Shown piece after piece: positions 29,549 through 42,847 of a DNA stretch of 64,000 bases. Numbering within the stretch: position 1 is the first letter of the stretch; the number at the start of each line of letters is the position of its first letter. A model generated the notes under the pieces. That model searched no databases and was not told where the DNA came from. It saw nothing but the letters and a program-made list of their open reading frames with translations. Made by a program: the position numbers and the translations under genes. Source of the DNA: Eledone cirrhosa (Eukaryota); the NCBI GenBank assembly GCA_964016885.1, contig OZ024741.1, positions 161,448,001-161,512,000 on the forward strand, read 5' to 3'.

Positions 29549-30142
29549 ATATTGTTATGCTTTAGGAAGGTTGTGTTATCAATAAAAACACATGTGCCAG
29601 TTGGGTTTCACTTCAGTTTTATAATTAATAGTTAGGTAACTAATCCATTCTTTGGTTAGTTTAGTAACTAGAAGGTTATTTAATTTTCATATTTGTCAAA
29701 GCTTTTTCATCACCCATTGTGTGACATTTTCGATAACAATTCCTGCTCCCTTTATTGTTTTGAATTTGCTTTATTTAATCCATCTTGTCCCTTTGTAGTG
29801 TGCATGTGGTCTGCACATCTGCATGTGTGTATCTTTGTGTGTTGCTACTTTCGCAAGCTTCTGTATTTGGTATATGTATGCATGGATGTGTGTGTCTTTT
29901 TAACAAGATGAAGTAAAATAAAACAAAGAGGAGACACAGAGCAACAAAAATAGTCATTGAGGAGATCACAGGATGTGAGACAAAAGAGCCAATGAACATG
30001 ATAATTAACAATTAAACAACCATCTGGTTACTAAATTAACTGGTGAATTGATTAATTACTCAACTAATAATAAATTGAAGTGAAACTCAACTGATGCTTG
30101 TGTTTTTATTGGCAACATGACTCTCCTAAAGTATAACAATAT
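29549..30142. mobile_element. Old fold-back/MITE-like element with ~135-bp imperfect inverted arms
   Basis: ATATTGTTATGCTTTAGG...TAGTAACTAGAAGGTTATTTAATT at the left mirrors AATTAAACAACCATCTGGTTACTA...CCTAAAGTATAACAATAT at the right; TA flanks. Confidence 0.6.
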
Positions 30143-30234
30143 ATATATGTGTGTGTGTGTGTGAGTATAATATATATATATGCTGCCAGCATGGTATAGC
30201 GCGCTCCATTGGACACTGGATTAGTCTTTTATTT

Positions 30235-30272
30235 TCCTCGGAAGAAGAGATTTTAATCTCAAAATATCAGGA
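30235..30272 (+). ncRNA. Degenerate hammerhead-like motif
   Basis: TCCT-CGGAAGA-AGAGA TTTTAA TCTC-AAAA-TA-TC-AGGA; two core substitutions. Confidence 0.35.
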
Positions 30273-30898
30273 CATTAAATAAATTAAGGTAAAAAACACA
30301 ATACCTTGTTTCACTCTTTATTTATTCATCCATTTCACATTGTCATGGCTTTCAAACTTCAAACATTATACATAATGCTTCAATTGAAGTACAAATTCCT
30401 CATATATATATATCATCATCATCTTTTAATGTCAATTTTTCCATGCTTGCATGGGTTAGACAGGTTGTCACATTATAAGCCAAGTCAGGCCTTGAGACCA
30501 TGTTATTCTCATATGGATCTGAATTTTGGCTTGGTTCTGTGACTGGACCCCCTTCATAATGCCAATCACGTTACAATGTGAACTGGATGCTTTTTGTCAT
30601 ATCACCAGCAGAACCATTTACAGGGTGGACTGGATATAAGATATATATATATATAATTCTGAGGTAGTATTCTTGAGAATATTACGGAACCTCCCCAAAT
30701 TCTTGATTATTTTCAAAATGATTTAAAAACCATAGACAGTGTCTTTCATTAGATATGTGGTAACAAAGTGGTTAAAGTCATAGACAATGTTTTTCATTAG
30801 AAATATGGTAATCAAAGAGTAAATGGTCTTAAGAACGACCATGGCTTAGTTTTTATGCTTTTCTTTCTTTTTTCTTCATTTTTAATTAACTGGAAATG

Positions 30899-30955
30899 TC
30901 AACTCGAAGAAAATTGCTTTAACAGTGATTTCCGAAAGTGAAATCACTTAGATGA
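30899..30955 (+). ncRNA. Degenerate hammerhead-like motif
   Basis: TCAACT-CGAAGA-AAATTGCT TTAAC AGTGATTTCC-GAAA-GTG AAAT CAC-TT-AGATGA; core lacks one base. Confidence 0.45.
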
Positions 30956-31086
30956 GAAAACAGGCAAATTTGCATGAAAAAGAGGAAATATCACTGTAAG
31001 ATTTAACTGATAAGGGAACCTCAATGTGGCCACTCTATCTGATAGAAATAACAGCTAAATAATCTTAGAATTTTACGCTATCATCT

Positions 31087-31270
31087 TAACTCTTTTGACA
31101 ATAAATGCCTGAAACTGACACTGGTTCTATGATATAAAACAGTTTCTTTTTAAATGTTTAGATTTATCTAAAAACCTTCCATCATACTTTTATGTAAGAC
31201 CCTTTGTAAAGTTATGTTTCAAACATCAGCTTATTAATGAGAAAGTTATTTATTTTTCAAAATTTCTCCA
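31087..31270 (+). mobile_element. piggyBac-type MITE, 5' part (3' ends also at ~30690-30832)
   Basis: Starts TTAA-CTCTTTTG; homologous to 49695-49947. Confidence 0.55.
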
Positions 31271-31417
31271 TATTTTAGCAATAGCACTAATATAGCATGA
31301 TTCATAATAGAGGTGTAAAAGAAGGCATATGATATATTTATGTATAATAAACATACAAAAGTCTCACTATGAATGTTTTAAGCCATGATCATGTCGTAGC
31401 TCAGTAGTTATGTGAGA

Positions 31418-31461
31418 ATGCCATACATGTGTTTCGGGATTTTTGCCCATCATCAGTGATG
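31418..31461 (-). ncRNA. Hammerhead ribozyme motif with eroded stem I
   Basis: Minus strand CATCA-CTGATGA-TGGG CAAAAAT CCC-GAAA-CACATG-TA-TGG. Confidence 0.55.
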
Positions 31462-32489
31462 CTTGTTCACCCAATATTGAGACAAGAATAAACTATAGCT
31501 TAAATAGTTTTTGTATATAAAATAGTTACTGGAGAGGTTCCTTTGCATACAGTGTGAGTTTCACTAGCTAGAATTAATTAGTAGTAGCACTAACGTAGCA
31601 TGATTCATAATAGAGGTATTTATGAAGGCATATACAATATACAGGTGTCCCAAAAAATGTATATACACTTTGATTAGAATGCTGTTTTGGGGGATGACAG
31701 CCTGTATAATAACCAAGTTGATTTCAAATTATTTGGAAATCATAAACAGTGTAACCTCATTTGTCATTGTGTATATTCATACAAGTCTGACTTAGATTAA
31801 TCAATAACAACTTAAATGTATTTTAAACATTTTGTAGAAACAGTATTCTTCTTATGATGTGAACTTGAAGATGGATCATCCATCAGTTTCTACAATGAAC
31901 ATTCAGTTTTTTTATTAACTGGATGTTCAATTTATGAATTAACATGTCAGTGGTGGAGTATTGCCAGACACATATACCCTTTAATGCAATACCAAATTCA
32001 AATCAATATGACACAATATGTGACAAGGCTGGGCCTTTGAACCATCCAATAGGCTTGCACACAGTTTCTGTCTACTTTATTTCAGTCATAAGGCTTAGGT
32101 CAACATGAGGCTACAGCAAAATAAACTTGGCTATGATGCCCCACAGTAGAATTAAACCCAGAACCTTATGATTAAGAATAATCTTGCATGTTTTTTTGTG
32201 TACTAAGAAAAATCAAAAGTGTTTATACTTCACAGTTCTTTTATTCCCCAGCAAAAACTTCCAATTAAAAGACAGTAGTTGTATCTATCTTAAGTTTACC
32301 TTAATATCTTCAAATATACACTGTTCTAGCATAGATATTTAATATTTTATAGTCTAATAAAATTTTGTGTAATAGTATCTTTGTGTTTGCCTTCTTTAAC
32401 CTTGAACCACACACACACACACACATATCATAACAATGAGAGATGGCACATAATAAATTATGTCAGATAATAGGGGATATTAATTCTAC

Positions 32490-34125
32490 CCTGGTAAAGC
32501 ACATAAAAACTACGGATGGACTAGTAAATACAAATTAACGGTGAGACACACTATGGTCTCACGGATAGTAAACCAAGTCATACAGAATAGGGTCATACCA
32601 AATGACTGGCGTAGCAGCATTATCATTAACTGCTACAAGGGTAAAGGAGATGCCCTAGATAGGGGAAACTATAGAGGCATTAAATTAATTGACTAGGTCA
32701 TGAAGGTCACAGAAAAAGTTAGAGAGCGAATTGATCTAGATGAAATGCAGTTTGGGTTTGTGTCAGGTAAAAGTACCACAGACACACTTTTCCTTGTACG
32801 ACAACTTCAGGAGAAGTACCTAGCTAAAAGTAAACCCCTACACTTAGCTTTTGTTGACTTGGAGAAAGCCTTTGACAGAGTCCCCTGCTCCCTTATCTGG
32901 TGGGCTCTTAGAAAACTAGGTGTTGATGAATGGCTCGTGAGAGCTATACAAGCCATGTATAAAGAAACAGTCAGAAAGGTTAGACTTAACAACGAATATA
33001 GTGAAGAATTTAGCGTAAAAGTTGGAGTTCATCAGGGCTCTGTCCTTAGCCCCCTCCTATTTATTATTGCCCTTCAGGCTATAACAGAGGAGTTCAAGAC
33101 CGGCTGCTCATGGGAACTTCTATACGCAGATGATCTAATGCTCATAGCCGAATCAATGGCTGAACTAGAGAAGAAATTCCAAACTTGGAAGCATGGCCTA
33201 GAATCAAAAGGCCTTAAAATTAACTTGTCTAAGACTAAGACTAAAGTTCTAGTATGTAGGAAGGAAAATAGGGCACTGGTCCCCTCTGGGAAACGGCCAT
33301 GCTCAGTGTGTAGGAAAGGAGTAGGCAGAAACTCCATTTTATGTCCCAAATGCAAAGTAAGGGTGCATAAAAGATGTAGTGGGATCACAGGTAAACTAAC
33401 TAATAACATAGATTTTATATGTGATCGGTGCTCAGGTCCATTAAGTAGTAGCAAGTTCCCACAGGATACTAGCTCCTTCCATTGCCCAGATGGTTCTATA
33501 GAAATAGTGGACACCTTCCGTTACCTGGGTGATAAAATCAGCAGTGGCGGAGGGTGCTCTGAAAGTACAGTAGCTAGAGTCAGAACGGGATGGAAAAAGT
33601 TCAGAGAGCTTATACCACTATTGGCCACTAAAGATTTCTCTCTAAAAATAAAAGGCAGACTGTATGATGCCTGCATACGAACAGCAATGTTACATGGCAG
33701 TGAGACTTGGGCATTGTGTGCAGAGGACCTACGCAGACTGGAGAGGAATGAAGCTTGCATGCTCCGTTGGATATATAATAGTAATATACGTGAATGGCAA
33801 AGCATAAGTGAACTAAGTGAGAAATTAGGAATAAGAGGGATCAGATGCTGTTTACTCGAGAGAAGACTACGTTGGTATGGTCACGTGATGCGCATGAAAG
33901 ACAACAGCTGTATAAAAGTGCAGGGCGATCAAAATAGATTGAAGCTACGGAGTAGGCAGACCCAGGAAAACCTGGGACGATTTGATAAATTCCGACCTTA
34001 CACACTTACACCTCTCCAAGACAATGTCATTGGACTGAGATCTTTGGCGCTACGCAGTAATACAGAAGACCCGCCTTGCCTAAGTACAAAGCAAAACCTA
34101 CAGTCAGTAGGCACCTCCTAACCAA
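32490..34125 (+). mobile_element. RTE-a LINE copy 6 (RT + PHD + C-terminus, with a stop and a frameshift)
   Basis: ORF 32700-34121 has [22 protein letters not shown] and FRYLG; the 3' UTR is cut by a SINE. Confidence 0.93.
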
Positions 34126-34127
34126 AA

Positions 34128-34298
34128 ATGATAGGGACCCCAGTCCTTATCATCTCATTTCTATAGCTGAGTAAACTGGAGCAATGTGAAATAAAGTGTC
34201 TTGCTCAAGGAAACAACACATCACCCGGTCTGAGAATTGAACCCACAACCTTTCGATTGCAAGGCCAATGCTCTAACCACTAAGCCATATGCCTCCAT
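34128..34298 (-). mobile_element. tRNA-derived SINE family A (head + CORE-like domain)
   Basis: Minus strand A box TGGCTTAGTGG, B box GGGTTCAATTC, then TCCTTGAGCAAGACACTTT... Confidence 0.85.
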
Positions 34299-34307
34299 AT
34301 GTATATA

Positions 34308-34525
34308 TGGGTGATGTGTTGTTTCCTTGAGCAAGACACTTTATTTCACACTGCTCCAGTTTACTCAGCTGTAGAAATGAGATGCTAGGGACTGGGGTCC
34401 ATATCATTCCACTGCAAAGTGGTCGTGGAGGTGCCATGGCAAAAAAGCACCCAGCACTCACTGTAAATGAGGTTGGTGTTAGGAAGGGCATCCAGCTGTA
34501 GAAATCAAGCCAGAATCAGTTCCCG
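34308..34525 (+). mobile_element. SINE family A, headless copy
   Basis: Near-identical to 34768-34985. Confidence 0.85.
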
Positions 34526-34706
34526 TTGGGAGCCCCTACATGGACACACTAGAAGAGGATGACCAAGGTTAACATATGTTGATGCCCTAAGGACAGACAC
34601 TGGTCTGTTGGAGATGCAGGATATGGCAGCGATAATGAGGGACAGAGACCGCTGGAGAGAACTCGTCCATGGATCTCGGGAATTTTACCCGCCTTAGATA
34701 GATAGA
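34526..34706 (+). mobile_element. RTE-b 3' end
   Basis: Near-identical to 2251-2420, a few codons longer (WEPLHGH...), with (TAGA)n tail. Confidence 0.8.
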
Positions 34707-35033
34707 TGGCTTAGTGGTTAGAGCATTGGCCTTGCAATCGAAAGGTTGTGAGTTCAATTCTCAGACCGGGTGATGTGTTGTTTCCTTGAGCAAGACACTT
34801 TATTTCACATTGCTCCAGTTTACTCAGCTGTAGAAATGAGATGATAGGGACTGGGGTCCATATCATTCCACTGCAAAGTGGTCGTGGAGGTGCCATGGCA
34901 AAAAAGCACCCAGCACTCACTGTAAATGAGGTTGGTGTTAAGAAGGGCATCCAGCTGTAGAAATCAAGCCAGAATCAGTTCCCGTCCCACCCTTGCAAGC
35001 AGGGAAAAGCGGACGTAAAATGATGATGATGAT

Positions 35034-35035
<2 letters not shown>
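34707..35035 (+). mobile_element. SINE family A, near full length
   Basis: A and B boxes, CORE-like domain, GGTTGGTGTTA.GAAGGGCATCCAGC block, RTE-type tail and (GAT)n. Confidence 0.9.
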
Positions 35036-35084
<49 letters not shown>

Positions 35085-35606
35085 ATATGACCTAATGTCA
35101 TATACATATATATATATATGTAAATGACCTAATAAAACTAGTTAAGAATATTAAATACAAAAACACACCATAATAAAAACAACACCTTCTTAAACAAACT
35201 TAGCACCTCTATTAATGATTTCAAAACTAGTAGTAAAATTTTTGTACATGCTGACAAAACTAATAACATATACCGCCTAGATTATAATACTTATAGAAAG
35301 TTTATATATAATGAACTACATAAATGCTACAAGAAAACCACTATGAAAAACTTAGAAGATATTAATATGGAAGGCTATAATATAGTATCCAAACTAGGGC
35401 TCCAGAGGCATACACAACCTTATACCCCAAACCCCCCTAGATTCTCTCTGAAGGACCATGAGGAGGACTTCATTAGCAACCCCTCGATTAGACTCATCTG
35501 CCCCTCCAAGTCTGACATTGGCATTATCAGTAAAAAAATTCTAGATAAAATCATCCCACAGATTAAACACAAGATTTACCTTAAATAATGGGGAAATACG
35601 GGTCAA

Positions 35607-36590
35607 GTGATTGAATGGTTCAAAAATATCAAAGATAACAAGGATAAAAAATTTGTTCAATTTGATATCAATTCTTACTACACCTCTATTTCCCCTATCC
35701 TATTAAATAAGGCACTTATAATGGCCATGGACAATAGTGACCTGACTAGACTCCAGATTTATGTCATACTTGCGGCCCGTAAAACACTAATCACCTTTGA
35801 AGACCAATTATGGACCCGCAAAGATACGCAAAACAACTTCGACATTACCATGGGGTCTAGTGACTCGGCGCAGGTCACTGATTTAGTCGGCCTATATTTA
35901 CTTAACCAAATACATAAGGACCTTCCTTACCTCAGCGGTGGTTTGTATCGCGACGATGCACTTCTACTTAAAGATTATAAAAAATTCAATATAGAAAGAA
36001 CTAGAAAACTATTGCACAAAACATTCAAAAACTATAACCTTAGTATTACCATGGACAAAAACACCAAAAACGTCAACTTCCTAGACGCCACACTCTACCT
36101 AGACTCAATGATATATGCACCTTTCCACAAACCTAATGAAAAACTCATCTACGTAGATACCAAGTCTAACCACCCTAGATCTATATTAAACTCTATCTCT
36201 AAGGGAGTATCTAATAGAATCTCTAATCTATCCTATGACATAAACACATTTAACAATAACTCGCAATATTATAATCAGGCATTAGCTAGATCAGGCCATA
36301 ATACAGGGATAGAGTTCCTACCTACAAAAACGCATAGCTACAACATTATTTCACACAACAAGTCCATGAGAAAATTTAATAATAGGAATAGCAACCACAC
36401 ACACACTAATAGAGATGATAACAACAAAAGTAACCCACACCACAGAAATTACCATAGTAACATAAAAGGAAACAAATCACCAGACATAAAAAACAGAAAT
36501 AGAAGAAGAAATAACACATTTTTCAACCCTCCTTTCAATCTAAACATCTCTACCAACCTACCTAGGGGCTTTCTTCTCACTACTGGATAA
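35607..36590 (+). pseudogene. Penelope-like RT core (upstream part in ORF 35343-35588, separated by an in-frame stop)
   Basis: RT motifs as above, with an Asn/His-rich insert after the thumb. Confidence 0.88.
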
Positions 36591-36660
36591 ACACTTCCCA
36601 TCCGGCCACAAGTACCATAGCCTTTTAAACAAAAACACTATTAAAATCTCATACTCTACT

Positions 36661-37359
36661 ATGCCTAACTTAGCATACCACATAGCTAGTAGCAATAAAA
36701 GAAAAATTAATTCTTACTCCCAACAAACTAAATCACAACAGACGATAAACCTTCAAAATAACATTCAAAATAACATTATAGCAACTAACCATAATATCAA
36801 TAGAAATAATAGTATTAGTACTAGTGTAAACATTAACGCTGCGAACAACAACCCACATAACCATAACCCTATAGCTAACATCCAAACTTCTACACAGCAT
36901 ATTAACCGGCAGACTAACACCCAGAATAATTGTAACTGTAGATCAAATAGAACCTGCCCTTTAGATAAAAAATGCTTAACCAAGGATATCATATACTCAT
37001 GTACAGTCACAACTAACAACTCTTCTGAAACCTATATAGGCTCTACTTCTAACTGCTTCAAAACTAGATACAATTCGCACCTCCACTCTTTCAAAAAACA
37101 CAGTCTAGCCAACTCCACTTCACTATCTAGCTACATACACTATCTAAAAACTAAAAATAAAATATATACACTTAAATGGGAAGTGGTAGGTAGTGCAACA
37201 TCGTACAAACCACCTAATAAATTTTGTAACCTCTGTCTACTAGAGACCCATACTATCATCTTCTCTAACCATAATCTCCTTAATAAAAAATCAGAAGTGT
37301 TCGCATCTTACCAACACCGCTTCCGACACTCTTTCCAAAACTTTAAACCCTATATATAA
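36661..37359 (+). pseudogene. Penelope-like Cys linker + GIY-YIG endonuclease (frameshifted from the RT)
   Basis: CNCRSNRTCPLDKKC, IIYSC..YIGST..FKTRY.SH, CNLCLLE, LNKKSE. Confidence 0.9.
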
Positions 37360-38329
37360 CAATGTCAGACTGGAACCGTCACCACCCCTAGCAATTAGCA
37401 TCAGTAGCACACCTTACACCTCATCTCCACACCCATTTATATACTCTAAAGCTAATAGTGGCAACATTATAGTACCATCTACCCTGGGGATACCCCCATA
37501 TACATCTAATTCTGATATCTTGACCGTGGATTACTTAAACTACATTGCGCAGGTATATGATTAATATAAACTGTAGACACGGTATTGGTTGTGCTAACAT
37601 AATCCTGTGCATGGAGTGCCACCATGAGATAGATTGATGATTAAGTAAGTAATCTTATTATTATGTGACTATATATTCTATACGATGAGTACAATGAATT
37701 ATGCACAGGTGATACATGAGTTAGGAGTTTCTGTGTTGCTTGATGACCTGATTAGTATCTTTTGATGAGAGAACTGGTCCCCAGACCACCCTGGTGATAT
37801 TTGAATTTACCAGGGATGCAGTCATACAATGACCCGAAACTTGCCGGGAGTCTTGTATGATAATAAGACCCTTATTAGTAATAAGACCCTTATTAGTAGT
37901 GAGACCCATATAATTAATTTTGAAGTCTGACTCTTCTTATAGATTGTCCAGGTGTGGCACTCCATATTAGATGATGAGGTGAGCTTTTCAATTTTTTTTT
38001 TTTTTTGATAATTCAGCAAGTTAACAATATGGTTCTAATGCAAGGTTAATTGCATTCTTGTTTCAGTGCTGGTTTTGTTGGCGAATAGTAAACACACTAG
38101 TTTTTGTGTAGTTCCATCTATTGTTATAAAGTTACAAAATAATTTTCTCTTTTGCTTTTCATAGCATGAATGGGTTCCAGAAATGTAAGAACCCAAATGC
38201 TTGTTAAAATAAAATTGTTTGATTGATTTTGCTTTTCATCTTTCACAGAGAATAAGAAAATGGAAACCAGAAAGGCCATTTGGTGGCTTGAGAAAAAGCC
38301 TGAAGGACAGTTACCTCAAACTCAACTCC

Positions 38330-40006
38330 CCTCTAAAGGTTAGTTACCTCAGACTCGACTCCCCTCTAAACAAGAAGTGCTCTTGTGTTTTCTCTACCAT
38401 CACATCATACTCAGGGAGACAATTTCAGTTGCTGTAAAAAAGCACAAGCCAGAAAATCCAGGAAGTGTGGGGAAAAGCAAATATCCCTACCAAAACAGAA
38501 AAAACATCTGCACTTCAATCGAGAAATTGTATAAGGAGTACCAAGAATGGAAAAGAGAAAAGTCAAGAATGCAAAGTGTGAGATTTGGAAAGGTGATCCT
38601 GAGGAAATGTTTGACATTGCAAGCCAGAACGTTCTCAAATGAAAGGATGTCCCATCTGAAGACAAGGCTTTCCTTGAGACACAGTGGGAAGATCAGATGT
38701 CTTTATTCCAGGTTGGTGTTGAGAGCCATTCCGAAGAAAGAAAAGAAGATTCGTGATATGAAAGTAAGAAAGTGAGAGCAGGATGAAGACTGGATTTCCA
38801 AGAAAGTTTGTCATCATTTCTTGAAAGTTTGTCATCCAGCTCAGCTATTAATGATGATGATGATGAAATCTTCAAGTCAGCCCCGCCTCGAAAATGATTG
38901 CAAATAAAGCCAGCTCCCGATGCGAGTCTTGTTGCCACATAGGAATGGGAGAAATTACCACTTCAACAAGCAAGTACTTTTTACATCGTAATTGCGAAGA
39001 GTCTTGGTCATGATGTGTCTGAACTCTCAATTCCTCACTCAGCTGTTTATCAAGCAAGAACCAGTCACCACGAGAAGATGGCTTAGGAAATCAAGTTATC
39101 TGCTTTCCCATCTGAAGACAGATCCTGGCTAGTCTTCCACTGGGATGGAGAATTATTACAATTGGCTTCCCAATCTAGTACACTTGAAGATTGGATTACA
39201 GTTTTGACTACAGGAAAAGGAAAGGAGGAGCTCTTAGGTGTTCTGATTGCAAGAGATGGAACCAGACAAATCGTTTTGAAGGAAATTCAACAACTCAAAA
39301 TTGAGGATAGAATAATTGGTATGTCCGTCTACACCACCACCAATAACACTGGTATGCACCAAGATGCCGATATGAAAATTGAAGCAGCTCTGGAAAAATC
39401 CCTCTTGAAAATGGCTTGCTGCCATCACATTTTTGAACTGGTTTTGAAGAAAGTCTTTGAGATCTTTTTCTCAGCATCTAGTCCCGGTATCCCAATGTTG
39501 AAAAGTTCCAAAAATGTTGGGACTCCATCGATAAGTCTCATTATCAAACTATCCTGGATGATAATGAACCCATGGAAGATTTTTATATGGTGATTATCCC
39601 AGAGAAGACTATGCCAAGTTCATAAAGCTCTCCTTTCTCTATCTTGGTGGTAGGCCATCTCCCCAGTTCTCCTTCTCAGTCTCAGGAGCTTACCACAATG
39701 CTTGTTGGATGGCTAAGGCCATATATGTGATCAACATAGTTCTGTTCAAAGATCAACCATGTGAGTCGAGGGATTAAAAAAAAACTGTTTCTGGTAATAA
39801 ATTTCATTTATAAAAAGTGTTTCCCTATTTAACCCCAATATTATTGTATATTTAGAATGTATTCCTTCTGCTTATTTTCATTTCATTTCGTTCCATCCTT
39901 TGGTTTCCTCATTGGAGCCAGTAAAGTAAACAGAAAAGACAATATACCACAGGCCAGATTTTAAAAATCATAATAAATAAAAAGATGTGAAAGTGTTCAA
40001 CCCCTA
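38330..40006 (+). pseudogene. Degraded hAT-superfamily (hATm-like) transposase
   Basis: LVFHWDGELL, IIGM..YTTTNNTG (compare FDTT.SNTG), ACCHHIFELVL (CxxH), SGAYHNACWMAKAIY; possible end ...CAACCCCTA at ~40006. Confidence 0.75.
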
Positions 40007-41790
40007 AATATTATTTGATTGACCTATAATTCGGCATACTTTGTTATTTCATCGATTTAAATATGGGTGTAATCGATATGAAGTGATTGGCAAATAGTTT
40101 GCAAAATGGAATACCCTAATATATATATATATATATAATTTAATTTATGTAAAAACCAAAGATTATAATTCAAATCATTTAAATAGTTTCTATGTTTGTT
40201 TTGATTTAACGAAATGTAATTGCATACATCAATAATAATTTGCAAATTAATTAACTAATTAATTAAATCAACAAACATTGCAATCACATATCACAAATCT
40301 CTTCAGGAAACAAATATTAGATTTGGGGAATGTATGTCCCAAAATACCAGGTAAAGCAAGTAGTAATCAGCAAATAAGAGAGATAGAGTGAAAAGTAATT
40401 TTTTTAAAGGCCAAATATGAAAGATAGATTCATAAGCAAGGTAGCAAAAAGCATTAATGATTAACATTATGCAACAAAAAGTATAATGTATAAGATATAA
40501 GTCCTCATGCTGTAATTACAGTTCATGTATGCAAACACAAGTATATTTACAAAATATTCACATGCCATAGCTCATTCATTTAAACATATAACATATTTTT
40601 CAAGTACTGCTTAATAGGGGTATTAGACTAGATACAGTGGTGGTGTATGAAGAGACATCTGAATTTTCACTATTCGGTGTTCAATTACAATTTGGGACAA
40701 TGCATGTGTACATAATATAAGTTAGATGGTGACCTTCAATATCTGTGTATACTGGGTCATATAAGAGTTACTAAAATTTATTTATGTATTCAAGTGTAAA
40801 GAAACCCTGTGTTGATCTACATATAGTTAAAGAAAACTTAAGTGGACTTAATTCTAATACTAATACCAAAGGACTTGATTATTAATTGTAATAGAAATTA
40901 GTTGCTTGTTAAGAATATGGGTAGGTGGAGGTGACAATGTATAATTCCTAAACTAATTTTTAATCTATATTAATTGTTTATTAAGTAGGGTCACATTTAT
41001 AATATTAAAAAGAATAGGAATTCCTGTGTAGGCACATTGAAACTGTTTTAGGCTTAGTTATTAAGAGGCACTCAGATAATCACAAATATTTTAGGCTACA
41101 TGGCTCAAAAGATTTTGCAGTTTTCAAATGAAACCAAGAGAGTGAGCAAAAGATGTTTGAATTTTTTTAATTCCCTTATGTCATTAACTAACCTAATTCC
41201 TCCCTGAAACACACACACATCCTCCTCTGCCACCTTAGTATCCCCTCCTCCCTGATCCCTAGTTATTAGTCATCCAACTATGGTAGCAGGGAGAGAAGGT
41301 GCACCCCATAATGTATCACCAGACATCACTCATAAGGCCACCTTTCCCTTTCACCAACAATCTCAGCAAGCAACAAACAGCCCCTCTCTCTTGCACCCCT
41401 ATCACTGCATCCCCAGCCTGATCAAGGACACAACAAGCACCTAAATGTTGTAAATGGCAATGCTAGTTCCATAATAAAATGCACTCAGCTCACACAGTAA
41501 AGTAGTAGTATTGGTGCCGTAATAAATTCTGCCAACCCACTGTATAAAGTGGTAGTGCTGGCACTACAGTAAAAGCATCCAGTTTGTCCTGTCATATAGT
41601 AGTGGCTGTGCCACAATAAAATGCACCTGGTAAACACTGTGAAGTGGTTGGCATTAGGAAGAGCATCTAACCATAGAACCCACGCGAATAATGGAAGGTA
41701 TGAGCAACATGCAATCAACTGACATATCTGGCTCCAAAACATAACCTGTCTAACCTAGGTAAGTATGGAAAATAGACATAAAACAGTGGA

Positions 41791-41834
<44 letters not shown>

Positions 41835-42314
41835 TTGTGTGTGTCTGTCTGTCTGCCTGTCTGTCTGTCTGTCTGTATAGGGTTAGTGGAGACAAAAATC
41901 TATGAAATGCAGGTATAATAATTATCTTTTCTGTTTTTCTGTGTACAGAGGAATAGTTGAAAGCATTTACACCTCACACTTCATTCTCTTCACAGCAAAG
42001 GCTTCTAATTCAAAAATGCTATTTATATTTACCTTAAGTTTAAATATATTCTGTGTTCTAATTCCACTACTTATCTTTTGAAAAAGAGGTCCTAACTTTG
42101 AAATATCATGAAATATATGGTATAAAAGTGTAAATTGTTATTTTGTTTGTCTTACTCTACTCTAGCTTTCAGACTTGTATTCGAATTTGATTGTACCAAA
42201 TTTCTCAAAACATTCATAGCCACATATTTCACAAAGCTTCATATAAACTATATTACTGTATATTTATTTAAATAAATAAAAGTTGGTGAAAGACTAGATT
42301 AAGGTAGATGGATC

Positions 42315-42383
<69 letters not shown>

Positions 42384-42441
42384 ATATATATACACACACA
42401 CATATATATATACACACATACACACATTTATACATATAAAT

Positions 42442-42502
<61 letters not shown>

Positions 42503-42503
<1 letters not shown>

Positions 42504-42603
42504 TAATAGTTATGAAGACAGGGTGTTACTTTTTCGTATTTTGATTTATTCAATAAATTAAAATATGAAAAAGTATCCACCCATCTGTCTTCATATTCAT
42601 TAA
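42503..42603. repeat. Imperfect ~100-bp palindrome next to (TA)n
   Basis: ATGAAGACAGGGTG..TACTTTTTCGTATTTTGATTTATT / AATAAATTAAAATATGAAAAAGTA..CACCCATCTGTCTTCAT. Confidence 0.7.
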
Positions 42604-42748
42604 TCTACCCTTACTCTGTTGTGTACTGGCTTATGTGAACCCATATCATAGTTGGATTGGTGCAACTGGCATTGAGTGGTTAATCCTGCTTACACTTGAA
42701 TTAATTAAGGTGATATAAATGCCACAGGTGTGTGTGTGTGTATATATA

Positions 42749-42841
<93 letters not shown>

Positions 42842-42847
42842 CTGTGT

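Larger units (their letters stand above)
35122..37600 (+). mobile_element. Penelope-like retroelement (Naiad-like), nearly full ORF with a few disruptions
   Basis: ADKT.N.Y, LKDH..F..NP..RLI.P.K, QFDI..YY.SI, FDITMG, GLYRDD, NFLD, KPN..YV..SNHP, FNPPF, CxCx5CPL..C linker and GIY-YIG. Confidence 0.9.

Noticed and set aside
31640-31673. Tc1/mariner-like terminal repeat TACAGGTGTCCCAAAAAATGT
   Set aside because: No partner repeat or transposase found nearby.
34707-34775. tRNA gene
   Set aside because: A and B boxes run into a SINE body in every copy; no acceptor stem or T-run terminator.
37810-37856. HHR-like hairpin-GAAA-stem-TC arrangement
   Set aside because: The core reads GGGATGC and stem I is poor; too degenerate.
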